A program made the position numbers and the translations under genes. Positions 49,922 to 63,600 of a stretch of 64,000 nt of DNA are shown here, piece after piece. The notes beneath the pieces are model-generated. The model was not told where the DNA came from and searched no databases. It saw only the letters and a list, made by a program, of their open reading frames with translations. The stretch spans positions 62,001 to 126,000 of the forward strand of contig NW_003314443.1 in NCBI RefSeq assembly GCF_000143415.4, written 5' to 3'. How positions within the stretch are numbered: position 1 is the stretch's first letter; each line of letters opens with the position of its first letter. Source of the DNA: Selaginella moellendorffii (Eukaryota; Plantae; Lycopodiophyta).

Positions 49922-51931
49922 TTCCACCCTCTGTTTCTGATCACCTTGTTTATTCCCAGAATTCCTATTCTTGTCCGAGTTACCAGCATACGGTTGCTGA
50001 TATTGTTCCATGAGCGAGTGACTAAAGGCAACTTGCTGTGCTGCCTCCTTACACTCCAGATACGTCTTTGGCTTAAACTTCAAAATCTCATTGCGAGAAA
50101 ATGAACTTAAACCCTCTAGAAAATAATTCCGAGCATCTTCGTCACTCATATTTGCAATCATAATGTGCTTCTGAGCAAACGCATTAACGTAATGCATGAG
50201 ATCCCCTCGTTGCTTTAACCGCCGCAGCTCCGCACGAAGTCTCAAACCAAGATCATCCGGCAAGTATTCCTTATGGATACGAGACCGCATCTTGGTCCAA
50301 CTTCTAGTCTGCCCCTTTTCAGCACACACCTGGCGCCACCAAGTTTTGGCATGATCGGTGAGAAAGGATTGCGCACACGCAACTTTCGTATGATCATCTA
50401 CGTCTCCCGCTATGAAATAGTTTTCCATATCGTAGACCCAGTCTTCCAAAACCTGATAGCCCCATATGCCTCTGAAGTTGGGTGGTTTCGGGGGCTTGAA
50501 CTTTGAAACTCATGCAACCGGGGGCAGCTGCAGAACTTCATCGTCCTCAGAACTTGAGAAGGAGTTCGGTTGCTTAGGCTTAGCTGGTTTAGCTGCCTCA
50601 GCTTCTTTCTTCCTCTTCTTGTTCTCCTTCTTCAATTTGCGAATCTCCCTTCGCAAATTCTTGATCTCGACTTCCTGAGCTGTACACTGCAACGCCGTAG
50701 CATTTGGCTCTTCCTCTTCCGACTCAACCTCTGCCTTTTCCGCAGCATCTCTAGCAGGAGTTTCCTCCTCTCGATTCGCCCATCTAGAGGTTTCAGCGTC
50801 ATCAGCACGGTTCCATTTCACCATCCCGCTAGCTGCATGCATGCCTCTATCAGTAACTGAACATGCATACAACGTTCTTACTGAATGGTGCAATCCAACT
50901 AATCCTACACAGGTCGCTTCAGATCTACTAGAAAAGTCTCTGCGTATGCAACTTGAGTCAGAAAATCTGACAAAAGTTGGATAGGAATCGTTGAGACAAT
51001 TTCTCTAATACCAAATGTAGCACACTTGAATTTGGAGCCGAACTCCAAACCCGTTGCGCTACAAAATGAGGGTCCGGTACAATCCCACGAGCACCAGCTC
51101 CCCGTATCCAGCACCTGCATGCAAAATGGTGTCAGACGGAGTCTGGCACAATTTTGGCATACCGGTGGCCTAACGCGAGAAGGAGGGTACTCCACCGACT
51201 AGAGCAGCGTGGAGCTTGGGCTTAGACCCAAGCCAGATGCAGAACAAGGAGCGACACAGCCCAGCGGGAGCCAAACTAATGTCTCAGGTGGTCGGACATG
51301 CATTCCAACCACTATCCCTACTATACATTTGGAACCCCCCACAGCCCCCCCCCCTTAAGGGACACACGCTTTGGGCTTTCACCCCAAGCCTCCCTTAGTG
51401 CCAGAAGTTAGTCTCTGGGACAAGTCCAAAACTTACCAAATATGGAATGGCGCTAGATTGCAAATTTGGACACTGGACGAACACCATTGTGTTCAGGCTA
51501 ACTTCTACACTCCGTAGATATGTCAAATGAGCAAATCTAGACACTTTCCATAAATAGCATTTGGGACCGAAATGAGACTAACACAAAGGGCGTGATAGCG
51601 AGGGTGTTTGGCAGACACAGTAAGTTATCATCCAGCGATATTGAGGGATTAGTCTCAATACGCGAGGGTTCTTGCCAAGCCAGTGCAAGACAGAGCAAAA
51701 GAGAACTAAGAGCCAGGCCGAGAATGCTCAGCTAGAAACACATAGGAGTTCCTACCTTATGTTCATCTGGCTAAGTACAAATGCTAAGCCCAGTAAGCTA
51801 ACACTTGGACAAAAGGGGCTATTGAAGGGAACTAGCAGTACCGACCTCCTGCCGTCATGGCAGTAAGGAAAGAGTGCCCGCAAGGACTGGCCGACAAGTA
51901 TCTTTCGATACTCGAAGTCACATTCGTGACA
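49922..51931 (-). mobile_element. Truncated Gypsy element: 5' LTR 51016-51931, PBS 51003-51013, gag ~50890-49922
   Basis: LTR TG at 51016 and CA at 51931. PBS TGGTATTAGAG. gag motifs EDWVYDMENYF, SFLTDHAKTWW, LKQRGDLMHYVNAF, similar to the gag at 18564-18986. Frameshifted. Confidence 0.88.
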
Positions 51932-53753
51932 GTCGTGAAGAGAAGGATGCCAAAATCGCTACTAGATACGAATGGTTCCGGAGGAAGCCAACCAGAGTCT
52001 TTCCCTTGTCTAGCAGCCCAACCATCCATGGTAGTTTTGCGAAATCCTTGAGAATGTTGTTCAAACAATGAGCTAAGCACGGAGCCCACATAATCTTTGG
52101 CTTCCTCGCCTCTAGAAGCCTAGCAGCAGCCTTGTTTGAAGCCTCACCATCCGTGACAATAAGAACAACATTCTCCTCTCCAACAATCTCGATACCTCGC
52201 TCCCATGTCGCAAAAACGTTATCAGCCGTCTTCCCACTAGAAGATATATCAATGGCCTCAAGAAAAGTCGACTGTCCTCTACTATATGCAACAAGCCCCA
52301 TGATATGTCGATTTCTTGTGTCATTCCATGCATCAGCAACAAGAGTAACCCCACAATTCTTCCAACGTGCCTTCACCTTGGCAAGTTGAACTTCAAGATT
52401 GGTTTTCTCCACTTGCAACAATTGCTCTCGCAATGCTGTCTCTGTTGGAAGATCGTAGGGAATTCCATGCCTTGCAATCTGCTGCACCATCTCCTTGAAA
52501 TGGTGAGAACGAGCTTTCACAAATGGTATGTGCTCGTTCCAGAAAAATCGTCCTATAGCCATATCCATTGCTTCCTTCCTTTCTGGATCAAAAGAATCCC
52601 GGATTCCCTACTGTCATTGCAAAAAAAACTTGGAAATTCCTTCTACAGAATTGCCATCTGGTGTAGAACTCTGGGAAGCAACAAAACTCTCTCCTCCAGT
52701 GCTTTGGATGCCTTCGACACATGTAGAAATTGCTCGTTTCTTGCTTTGGTGTTTTCCAGCCAAAACCTGGTCGTCGATGGTTTTAACCATCTCCCTAAGC
52801 TGTTGTCTCTTCTCTGCTGAGATGACATCACAACTTAAGATTTCATGACCAGCTTCCCTTGTGAGATGTCCCCTCACACGATCCACACCTGAAACTTTGT
52901 CTCTCAACGAACACCACTTGCAAGACCAGCGTCGATGCCCACTACAGCAGTTTGTTTGATCACCAAGGATTGCTTCTTCCCACCAAACAGATGATGGATG
53001 TTGCCCTGTTGAAGTCCTCCTGCTCTGGCTCCCAGATGCCATCACTCAACTCAACCTCTAAAATCCTGCACCTGCTTCTACTCCAATCCACAATCACTCA
53101 GTCCAACCTCTAAAATCCCACACCCTGCTGCTGCTCCAATCCACAATTGCTCAGCCTCTAAAATCCCACACCCTACTCCTGTTCCAATCCACAATTGGTC
53201 ACGCCTTGCGCCTAAAAAATTTTTGAAAAACTCAAAATTTTAGAATCACGCCGTCAATAACACAATCGCAACGCCAAGCAACTAAGAATCACAGCAATCT
53301 ACAAAGATGCAGTGCCAAGCAGCTAAGAATTATGGCAGAAGCAATCCAAGGAGAAAATTTGGGAGAGAAAATCTACAAACCTAGAGACAATGATCAGGAA
53401 TTTTTTGCAGCGAAATCAGGCGTGGCTGAGTGCCATTCCTCCCACTCCAGCACTAGAATCCTAGAGAGGGCATTCCCAGCCCAAGAAAATCGCCATAGAT
53501 CCTTGGAAAAACCTTTTGATTGATCGCAAGACAAGAAAACATCAAAGCACAAAACGCTCATGTGAACCACGTGAGCTATTGTTTTAGAACACAGCGTGGT
53601 CACACGGTATTTGACCGTGTTTCAACCGTGTTTGGAGCCGTGTTTTGGAGCATTGACCGAGTCAATGAACACGGCCCGTGTTAACACAGCTGGGGGCCGT
53701 GTTCGTGTCACCACGCCAACACGCCGTGGTGCACGGCGTGTTTTGAAGCACTG
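51932..53753 (-). mobile_element. 5' part of a hAT DNA transposon (BED finger + DUF659-type transposase), truncated by LTR insertion
   Basis: Terminus CAGTGCTTCAAAACAC at 53753 with subterminal CACGG/CCGTG repeats. BED finger WSCKWC...RVRGHL..ILSC (52614-53045). Transposase GVTLVADAWND, VVLIVTDGEASN, MWAPCLAHCLN (51918-52568). Confidence 0.88.
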
Positions 53754-56700
53754 CTTTGTATAACCCATCGAATATCTCCTTCACGTACAGCTTCAGAATA
53801 TTGCTGTGGAATGTGGTCAGACGAGCACCTTGAGCAAGAAATTTCATCCGTTCCAGATGGAACATTGATCCACCATGCCTGCTGAGATCTCCTAACATAG
53901 ACTGCATGTTCCCACAGGAGGCAAAGCATATTATTGTACGTTTTAATTGAAAAGCATTTAGCTCAAGCGTTACAATGAGCTATCCAATAAGAGCACAACT
54001 CCTTAAAATGGACATTCCAACAATGGCCTAATCTTCATTATTGAGCTTAGTCCTGGGTTCATTTTAAAAGATTGTAACCGAGCTTAGTCTTTGTACTGTG
54101 GGTTCCTTGTAAAAGATTGTAATTAGAAGCTCTATTAGCTAAAAGAGTGATGGAATCACAAGGAATCCAATCACGGTGGCGTTCTTCAGGCCACTTGAGC
54201 ACACGACAATGACATCCTCAATGTTAACAATCCACCTTGCGTGTACTAGTGCTCCACGATCGGGCAAGTCTCTGCATAGGTTCATCATTTGGCGAGGAGC
54301 CCCACGTAGCTACATGTTATAACTTATGCTCTAGCATTCTTGAGGCCAGTTTCGTCCTACTAGATGGTACATCCTGACAAAGAACTTTTCTGATTTCGGA
54401 AGTGAATGTGATCTAGTCGGGAGCCATTCCTTCCAAGACCATCTCCTGGTAGAGGATCGAATTAAAGCGTGGAAGAAATTCCCAGTGAGAGCGTAGGCCT
54501 AGCAGTCCATGCCACAATGTTGTGGCACTCGGGTATTTGATCGAACATTGCCCGTGCCATGTGTGTGTCGTTTTGAGTGTAGAACTCATGCTTTTCCACG
54601 GTATGTATGGTTCTTCTCGTGCTCATTTTGCCTTATACTATTGTCCAGATTGCTTCATTCCTCATAGATGTATTTTCCAAGATAAATGGAGGCCTGTAGT
54701 TCATCAACATCCAAGGCGTGGAGTGACCACAATGCAACTTGTGATGAGACGAGTTTGTGACCTTTGTATTATGCCTTCTGCTCTTTGGAAACTTTTGAGA
54801 CAGCTTGTTCTCAGCTGATTGAGTTTAAGCTCGGTCAAGGCTTTCACAAGATTGGACAATAGTGTGAAAGACAAATGCCAAAACCATGTGTTTGAGGACA
54901 AGCTTAACTAGCTAGTTGCACCAAGATCACCACCAATTCCATGAGGTGTGACTTGTTTATGTTGAATCTAGGATTTTCCTCAAGAGCTTCCCTGGTTTAT
55001 TGGATGTCTGGTGCAACCCTGGAGTTTTTTTTGCAGGTGAGTAAGCTTGAGCAATATATTATTGCCAAGAAAAGGCGTCAAAAGTTGGAGCAGGATTTGA
55101 AAGGATCGAAACCTATGGACCTCCAAGCTTTGACAACCAAGTGAAGAATAGATGGGACCAGGGTGCCTGGATCAAATCAAACTCGAGCTCAGACAAGCCA
55201 TCTTCCACGACAATACCTTAAACGGCTGTTGCTGGTTCTTGTTGCAGCATACTTACGCTTTGTTTCTCAAAAGTAGCCTTTGCAAGAAACAGTCTGTTGT
55301 AACACACAAAGCTTAGACATTTTTCACCCCAAAAGGAAAGAAATATACCTTGAGGTATAGCCTGAAGCCTTGTCCCACAAGGAAGTTAATCACCCATGTC
55401 GGAACAAGGTCGAGCTTAAGGTCCAGGTGTATTACTGCTCTGTAAAAGTAGTGACTATCTTAAGAAGAAAACAAAAAAAAAAAAAAAACTAATAGCGTAC
55501 CTTATGTAGCGCTAATCTTCTGGAGGATGAATCCACCGTTGGCTTCCATGCGAATGACGCCCTCTTTTGGAGGAGGCAAATGAGAAGCATTAAAACCATG
55601 GATGGTCTCCTTGACGATAGTCTCTGCTTCCTGGGGGACCTGGCAAATCACCACCATTGGAGTGAATAAAATAACAAAAGAGGCACAGTGATTGATAGCT
55701 TAACTGTTCGCAAGCAGCCAACCACGGCATCCAATTCAGGTAGCTCCAGTTTGAAAGACGTGACCAGCATTTCTCTTGTCGCAAACGGCCATGGAACCTT
55801 GCACCTGGAAAGAGCTTGTAGAATTTAAACGCGGGACGGAGGAGCTGCTGCACTACCACCAGCGTTGTGGCTTTTGGATTGATCAGCAGGGCACAAGGGA
55901 TATATGTTGCAGTGAAAGCATTGCTTTCCCACAGTTCATCTTTCGCCCTTTTTGCTCTAAATACTCTCGTTGTGGACAGCCACCTTTTGGCCCCGAGTAC
56001 TTTCCATGCATTGCCCCTCTTCTTCACACAGGGTGTGACTTGAAATTTCATGGATTTTTTCAAATGTTTGGTCTTGTTGCTGCTAAGAACAAGCATCAAA
56101 CTTGGATAGAACACGACAAGAAAGCCCCTTGATGAAATCTCAAGCTCCCCAGGATTTGAAAGAACAGAGAAGTACCTCCAGCCTTGGACTCTTAACTTTG
56201 CTGCTAATCAAGAGCGTGCCTGGATCAATTTAATCTTCAATGCTCAAACAAGCCATCTTCGGACATTCAGTCGTTGGATGCAGCAAACCTTGTTTCTCAA
56301 AAGAAGAAAAGGTAGGTTATCCCAGGGATTCAGTGGTGAAATCTTCATTCCATAATGGTTTCTTTCTTGAGCTTGACAACCGCAGAAAGGATGACAGCCT
56401 TATAAAACGTTCCCACGGGTTTAGAAAGGATGCTTAGAAATGAGCGAGAGCTTGCGCCGTTATGGTGAAGGTATGATATACGTTAAGAAGCAATTAGTGT
56501 CCGATTTGGACGGGAACCTGATGGCCGGATATCTGGCTAGAATAAACAAATATATTGGCAAGGTCACAGGTTCGAATCCACAGCCCGAGACCCAATCAAA
56601 AAATTTTGCAACGCTTCTCCCTCCTTTGCATCTTGCAAGCTACTGTGATCGCAGCGAGCTCTTCTGCCTGCAGTCATCTCGGGATGAGAACTACTTGTCG

Positions 56701-58189
56701 TCCATAGCCCAAGACTACAGCATGTCCACGATCATGGAACACTTAAGATGCTTGGTGGATCTGCTGGGGAGATCTGGGAAGCTAGACGAGGCCAGTGTCG
56801 AGCCAAATTTCAGCGCTGGAGAATGAAAGAGTGGGGAAAAGTCCGATGCTAGTGCAGCTCCAACCATTCTTCTCAATCCCTGTCGATTACACTCGAAGGA
56901 ATGTCCCCGAATGAGGCTCGAATGTGCTCTTGGCACAAGTGATCCAGGCCACAGAGTCGACTAGCGCGTGGATCTCCCCCGGATCAGCATTGATAGCTGC
57001 CAAGAGAAATAACTGGATGCTCGAAAAAGAGTCTCACGCCCCAAGGATTTGAAAGGATCCAAACCTATGGACCTCCAGCTTGGACAACCAAGTGAAGAAT
57101 ACATTCCCGGGACCATGGTGCCTGGATCAAATCAAACTCGAGCTCAGACAAGCCATCTTCCAGAACAATATCTTAAACGGATGTTGCTTGTTGCAGCATA
57201 CTTATACTTTGTTTCTCAAAAATAGCTTCTGCATCAGCTGCTTGCTCAGATTGAGATGCAGACGTTTTGTTTGCCATGGCCTCGCCAGAGCATGGAGAAA
57301 GTGAGAGTTTCATTCCATCGGGAAGAGAATGGTTTCTTTCTTGAGCTTGACAGCAGCAACGCGCTGCGCGCCATGCGCCCACAAAACGAAAATCTCTTGC
57401 GCCGCTGTTTACATTATGGTATACGTTAAGAAGCAATTAGTGTACACTTTGGACGGGAACCTGATGGCCGGATATCTGGCTAGAATAAAAATATATATTG
57501 GCAAGGTCACAGGTTCGAACCCACAGCCAGAGACCCAATCAAATTTTTTTGTATGAACGAGGGATTTCTCTTCTCCGCAAAGTCGCTCTCGGCAGCGTTG
57601 CTGGAGCTAAATCTTCTCTCGTGCCGATCCCCCCGAATGATCCACGCCGCCACGCCGGGTTCAGGCTCTTGGATCGCGCGATATTCCCTTTCGCTGGCAA
57701 ATGCGAGCAGCAAGAACAGGGCATTCGATCGATGCGGCGTCAATCTTGTTCGATTAGGAGTTCCGTGATCGTCTCCTGGAACGCGATGGTGACCGCGTAT
57801 GTGGCGGCATCCCGCATCCGAGAGTGAGAGTCTATGTTTGATTGCGTCTCAGAGCGCCATGGAACTCGATGATAATGGCGCTCGCGCAGCAGGGGCAAAT
57901 TGTGGCAGCGAAATCGAGCTTGGGCAAAAACGCCGGCCAAGGATCTGGTGTCCTGGACGAATCTACTGCCCAGAATGACAGGACGTTCCTCCAGCAGTGA
58001 ATAGCAGAGGGGGGATTTGGCCACCTCCAAAGAAATCTTTGATTTCATGCCGGATGAAGACGGTATTGATTCGGCCAGTAGCTGCTCTCCAGGATCTCGC
58101 AGCCCCTGGATGTCGTCCACGTGGACAATCAGGTGGATTCCAAATCTTGTTTTTCAAATAAGAGGTGCTGAAATAATATTTTGTTATCT

Positions 58190-58440
58190 CCCAGTGTTCA
58201 CGGCTTTGTGGTTATAGCATGCACGCTGTAATGTTCTATTGTGAAGGGTTGCTGGGTTCGATTCCCATCCGCCTGGACTTTCAATTAAGAATACTACGGT
58301 GTTAGGGTCGCCCCCTAACATGAACACTATTTTATTATTTTATTATTTTATTATTAAATAAATTAACTGTGTTGAGTTTCTGGACCACTTTATTATTTTC
58401 CTTTTTTCTAACACTATTTTATTATTTTATTATTAAATTA
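58190..58440 (+). mobile_element. tRNA-derived SINE-like repeat; further copy at ~60310-60576
   Basis: Box A-like (C/T)GGCTTT(G/A)TGG at ~58201, box B GGTTCGATTCC at ~58255, hairpin TGTTAGGG..CCCTAACA, then (TTATT)n tail. Confidence 0.55.
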
Positions 58441-60610
58441 ACTGTGTTGAGTTTCTGGACCACTTTATTATTTTCTTTTTTTTTTAACACTATACAATTT
58501 ACTAGTGAGAGTGGCTCTCCTCAAAATCTCACCTAAGATTAACTGTGTTGTTAAGTTGGTACTAGATCATAGTAAAGAAGCAAAACCAAACTTGTAATCA
58601 ATGGAATCTATTATTACAGACTTAGACAAACAGATCATTAAAAAGTATTAACTTAGGTGCATCTCCACTGTACTCATGCAATCAAATTTTGTGGAAGGGA
58701 AGATATATATTTGATTTGCTCCAGTAGCACACAAACAGCACAAACATGCCATTGAGCTTACCAATTCGATCATATATACCAAATTCTCATCAGTTGTCAC
58801 TTCAGCATAATCTATCAATCACACACAATGTTGTGCCATTGAATTCTCGATGACCCTGCCAGCATATGCAAGCCTTCCTCACCATTTGAACAAGAAAGAC
58901 GCTAGACAACAAGCTAGAAATAGTGAATGAGAATGAACTTTTAAACGCAGTTTATATTAGTGGTAACTACAAACAAATAAAAGGTTAAGAGCGATACATC
59001 ACAGCCGTTGGATTAAAGGATATCTTAGAATATACCATCCAAACCGTTAGATTTTAGTGCGGCTACGGTTTCGCGAGGTGAGAGAGACTCGGGTATTCGT
59101 CTTCCTCTGTGCAGCGGAAAGCTGCCATCTCTCGATGTTTGGGTGGCTTGAATCCCTCGGAGCTCTCCATCCGGTTGCACCCAGACAAAGGCGACGTTTT
59201 CCATCCCCTCTCTCTCAACTACACAACGGGCCTGTCGTGCCGGACTTGGGACGAGCTGGTCCAGGAGCTCAGCTGCATCTATTCTGACGCAATTGCTTCG
59301 CTCCCTGACACATCCCTTCCGGACGCCAAGACGCGGCAAAATGCGGCGATCATCCAAGGCATCCAGCCGCCCAAGGACGAAAGGGAGCCGGCTTGGATGT
59401 CGAAAACCGAAAACCGAAAGATTCCAAGGATTCAAATGAAGAAACCTCGATACCCAAAGAGCCTCACCATGGATTTTAGACGATTCCTGGTGCCGGATAG
59501 CCACACACAAAAAAAATTCGAAAAATGGATGGATTTAACAGCAAATGAAATCAATCAAGATGTGGACGTTAGATCTTGCTTCACCTGATATATAGAAGCG
59601 ACTGTGTTCAGGAAGTGAAATCTCCCATTACCAAGACAAAATATGTAGATCCTATTTTAAAAGCTTCCAAGTGATTACTGTATTGATGCTATTCGTGATG
59701 GATAAAGTAGTATCCTAAGAATTACAACGACTTCCATCATTACGACCATCCAAGGCGTCGTTGCCCTCACGAAGAACAGCTTCGGTCAAATCCCGGAGAA
59801 GAATCCAGTACCGTGGATCCTCGCATTTGCGAGAATGGGCATTTTGACAAGGCCGTTCACGAGATCCTGCACAAGACCATTGTCTGCTGGATACCTCTCA
59901 CGCAAGTTTCAACTTGAGCGCCGCCAGGAGCATGTTTGAGAGCATGAAGATGCGCACCTTGGTTTCCTGGACCACCAACGCTCAAAACGCTTGAAGGACA
60001 AAATCAGGAGTCAGAACCATACTCAGGTGCTTCAATCCCTTTCGAAAGCTTCCACAGTCAGACCGTTTGCTTCTACATCCCAAAGAAACCAGGGGATACC
60101 TCCAAACCATTCAAACGTCATTTCAGCAGCATGCGTTATCTCTTTGGCTTCTTCCGATCCACTCTCGTAGTCTGTCACGCGTTTCCTCCAAGAAGACACA
60201 AGAGCATCGTACTCGTGCTTTTCCCACGCAGGCAGATAGCGAGTGAACGTTGTACGCTTGGCTTTTCTGACATTGAACTCGTCTGGTGATGAAATAATAT
60301 TTTGTTATCTCCCAGTGTTCATGGCTTTATGGTTATAGCATGCACGCTGTAATGTTCTATTGTGAAGGGTTGCTGGGTTCAATTCCCATCCGCCTCGACT
60401 TTCAATTAAGAATACTACGTTCGATTCCCATCCGCCTCGACTTTCAATTAAGAATACTATGGTGTTAGGGTCGCCCCCTAACATGAACACTCTTTTATTA
60501 TTTTATTATTTTATTATTAAATAAATTAACTGTGTTGAGTTTTTGGACCACTTTATTATTTTCCTTTTTTCTAACACTGTGAGGGCCAAGTGTACCCTTT
60601 TTTCTAACAC

Positions 60611-63600
60611 TGTGAGGGCCAAGTGTACGGCTATGATACCGTATACTAATATTAGCATAGTGGGATTTTGGTAGTCGTCGGATTGGTTTCAATCCGGACC
60701 ACTCGCTCCTGTATATAAACTAAAGTTTTTGGGCTAATTGATATGCACATTTCTGTATTCCCTTTCCATATTCCAAGCACTCACATTGGTGGAGTTGAGG
60801 GGCATCTTTGATTGTCCCTGGGGAGTGCTTGGATTTGGGATTTCAGTTTAGATCTAGCTTTTGCATCGTCTAGATCTACCTTTTTCCATTTCCTTTCTTT
60901 TGTTCTTTCTTTTCAGGATTTTGGTTTAAATCTAGCTTTTTGTATTGTCTAGATCTACCATTTCTTTCCAGCTTTTTTGTCATTTCTCTTCTTTTGCTCT
61001 TTCTTTTTCATTCATCTTCATGGCCGATGTAGCGCATGTGGTTTTGACCCTTTATCCTATGGTGATTTACCATAGGATAACACCACGGAGTGGAACCTAA
61101 ACCCTCTTTGTGCCACGTGACAGATGCCACATGTCCATGCCACGTGTCCATAGGAACCCGAGGTTCAGGGCCTTGGGCCACTGAATGAAGGAACGGTGCC
61201 AAACTCCTAAGCGTGGAGCCAAGGAGTGTAGAACCGAACCACGGAGCAACTCCCGAGCGTAAAGCCTAAGGAGGGAAGGGACAGGAGCCCGGAGCGACTT
61301 GGAACAGTCCTAGAGTAAGCATCTCAATGCCAGGACCAGCACGCAAAACGGAGCCAAACGGAGTCTGGCGCTATTTTGGCATACCGGTGGCCTAACGTGA
61401 GGACATGGGTACTCCACCAGCTAGCATGGAATGGAACTTGGGTTTAGACCCAAGCCGGACGCAGAACAAGGACAGGCATGCAAGCGGGAGCTAGACTATG
61501 CCTCAGGTTGGTCGGCCATGCCCGACCTACCCACTATCCCTACTATACATTTGGAACCCTCTATAGGCCCCCCCCCTTGAGGAACACACGCTTTGGGCTT
61601 TCACCCCAAGCCTCCCTTAGTATCAGGAGTTAGTCTCTAGGACAAGCTCGAAACTTATTAAATATGGAATGTCCCTAGATTGCGAATTTGGACACAGGAC
61701 GAACACCATTGTGTTCAGGATGATCTCTACATTCCGTAGATATGCCAAATGAGTAAATCTGGACACTTTCTATAAATAGCATTTGGGACTGAAATGAGAC
61801 TAACACAAAGGGCATGATAGCGAGGGTGTTTGGCAAACACGGTAAGTTATCATCTAACGATATTGAGGGACTAATCTCAATACGCGAGGGTTCTTGTCAC
61901 TAGCAAGTGCAAGACAAAACGAGACGGGAACTCCTTACCGGGCTAAGTATGCTTAGCTAATAACACGTAGGAATTCCGTCCTTATGCTCATCCGGTCTAA
62001 GTACACTCAAAATGCCCAATTAACTCCACTAGCACAAGAGGGACTGATAAAGGGTCCAGCAATACTGACCTCCTGTCATCGTGGCAGTAAGGTAAGAGTG
62101 TCTGTAAGGACTAGTCGACATGTAACTTTTGATACCCGAAGTCACATTCGCGACACTCTCCCCCCCTAGGGAAGATCGACGTCCTCGTCGATGCACACTC
62201 GAGTCTAGAATACCACCAAGGAAACAACTCCAGAAAAAGTTCACGGTACTCACACTATGTGAGAAATGCACCAACTTAAATGAGTTAGGAGGCAACCTCT
62301 TTGTCTAACGCGGATGTGCTACCAGCTCAGACACCTTCCAGCCATCACCGACAAGGAAATGACCAATGGAGTTAGCCACCCTTGTTACTCTGGTTGTCAT
62401 CCAGCTTACAAAAGTGTGATATGCCCTGCCCGCAGAGACATAGAGAGAGGAGCTAGGAGCCCCAACCCTCCTGAGCAAAGAAACTAAACCCGTTGGTAAG
62501 GTTTAGATAGATTACTGTAAACAGGCAGTTAGAGTTGTTTACACGGTCACGCCCTTTTTTAATGGAATAAGGAACATCGACAGAGAGGTGGGTTATGTGA
62601 CCAGTCGACAGTAGCTACCCCATGACTAGAGATTTCCCCATGCACACGAAGTGCTGAAGCCAATCTGCCTATTACTGACCCAAACTCAAAGATCAATAGA
62701 TGGACAATATCAAAGTCATAGACAATGATATCTTAGAGACTTAATCATCAATGAATAAAACTTAGATTAGAACACAAAAGTATTCTAAGTAAGTTATCAT
62801 CCGATAAACTAGTAGTATAGGATAAGAACCACCAAGATCATCAAAATTGGTAAACACAGGATTCACCATCAAACAAAATTCAATAGCAAGTATATCATCA
62901 AGTAAACTCAATGATGAAACTTAACTATCGAAGATAGCAGACAGTAAGCCAACAACTTACTAGAGATAACTCAAAGAACACAAAGTATCATTGACTGACG
63001 AGCACAATGCTCGCGAATGTATCACTCGAAGGAAATAACATCCCAACCTATCAGAACTAACTTGAGCAATAATCAACAGAATAGAATGAATGTGGTAAGA
63101 CCAACAAACACCCATTCATGCCAACTATCACACTAGCCAATCCGAATAGACCCAGCCATCAACACCAAGGAACTCAAGTTGCCTAAGCAAGTGTTAGCAA
63201 CATCCTTTTGATGTCTCAAACTTAACAGACCAATCCAAGGCAAACCACAAGGAATATGTAGTATTGCGAAAAGCCATAAGCCATCAAAGAGAACAATTAA
63301 CTATCATGAAAGAACATCAATCATCCCATTAATAAAGAGATGCATAATCATCATCGAAGAAAGATTCTACTATCCCGAAGAACAGAAAATCATTCTTGAT
63401 CAACAATAATCAAGCAAACCTTTTGATAAGGATAATCAACTATCTTAGATGATAATCAATCATCACTAATGATTGCTAAATGCAAAAGCCAACTTCAACA
63501 TTGAAGCTAATGAGCTATAATGCCTTCCCCAACAACTTCTAACAAATGGAACAATGAGCATAAACTCAAAGAACCAAAAGCTTAAAGAAGTCTATAGCCA

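Larger units (their letters stand above)
42367..60293. repeat. Large inverted duplication: 42367-49264 vs 53754-60293
   Basis: Mirror-image, often identical ORFs (43072/59109, 44540/57740, 45224/57173, 46454/55590, 48117/54704). Right arm has a deletion near 55285 and extra sequence near 56390-56470. Confidence 0.93.

Noticed and set aside
49844-50449. Domesticated gag fusion gene
   Set aside because: The gag is frameshifted upstream and truncated at 49921. The extra tail is antisense duplicated sequence.
58200-58275. Functional tRNA gene
   Set aside because: A/B boxes are present but I could not fold a convincing cloverleaf or acceptor stem. It is repeated with an AT-rich tail.
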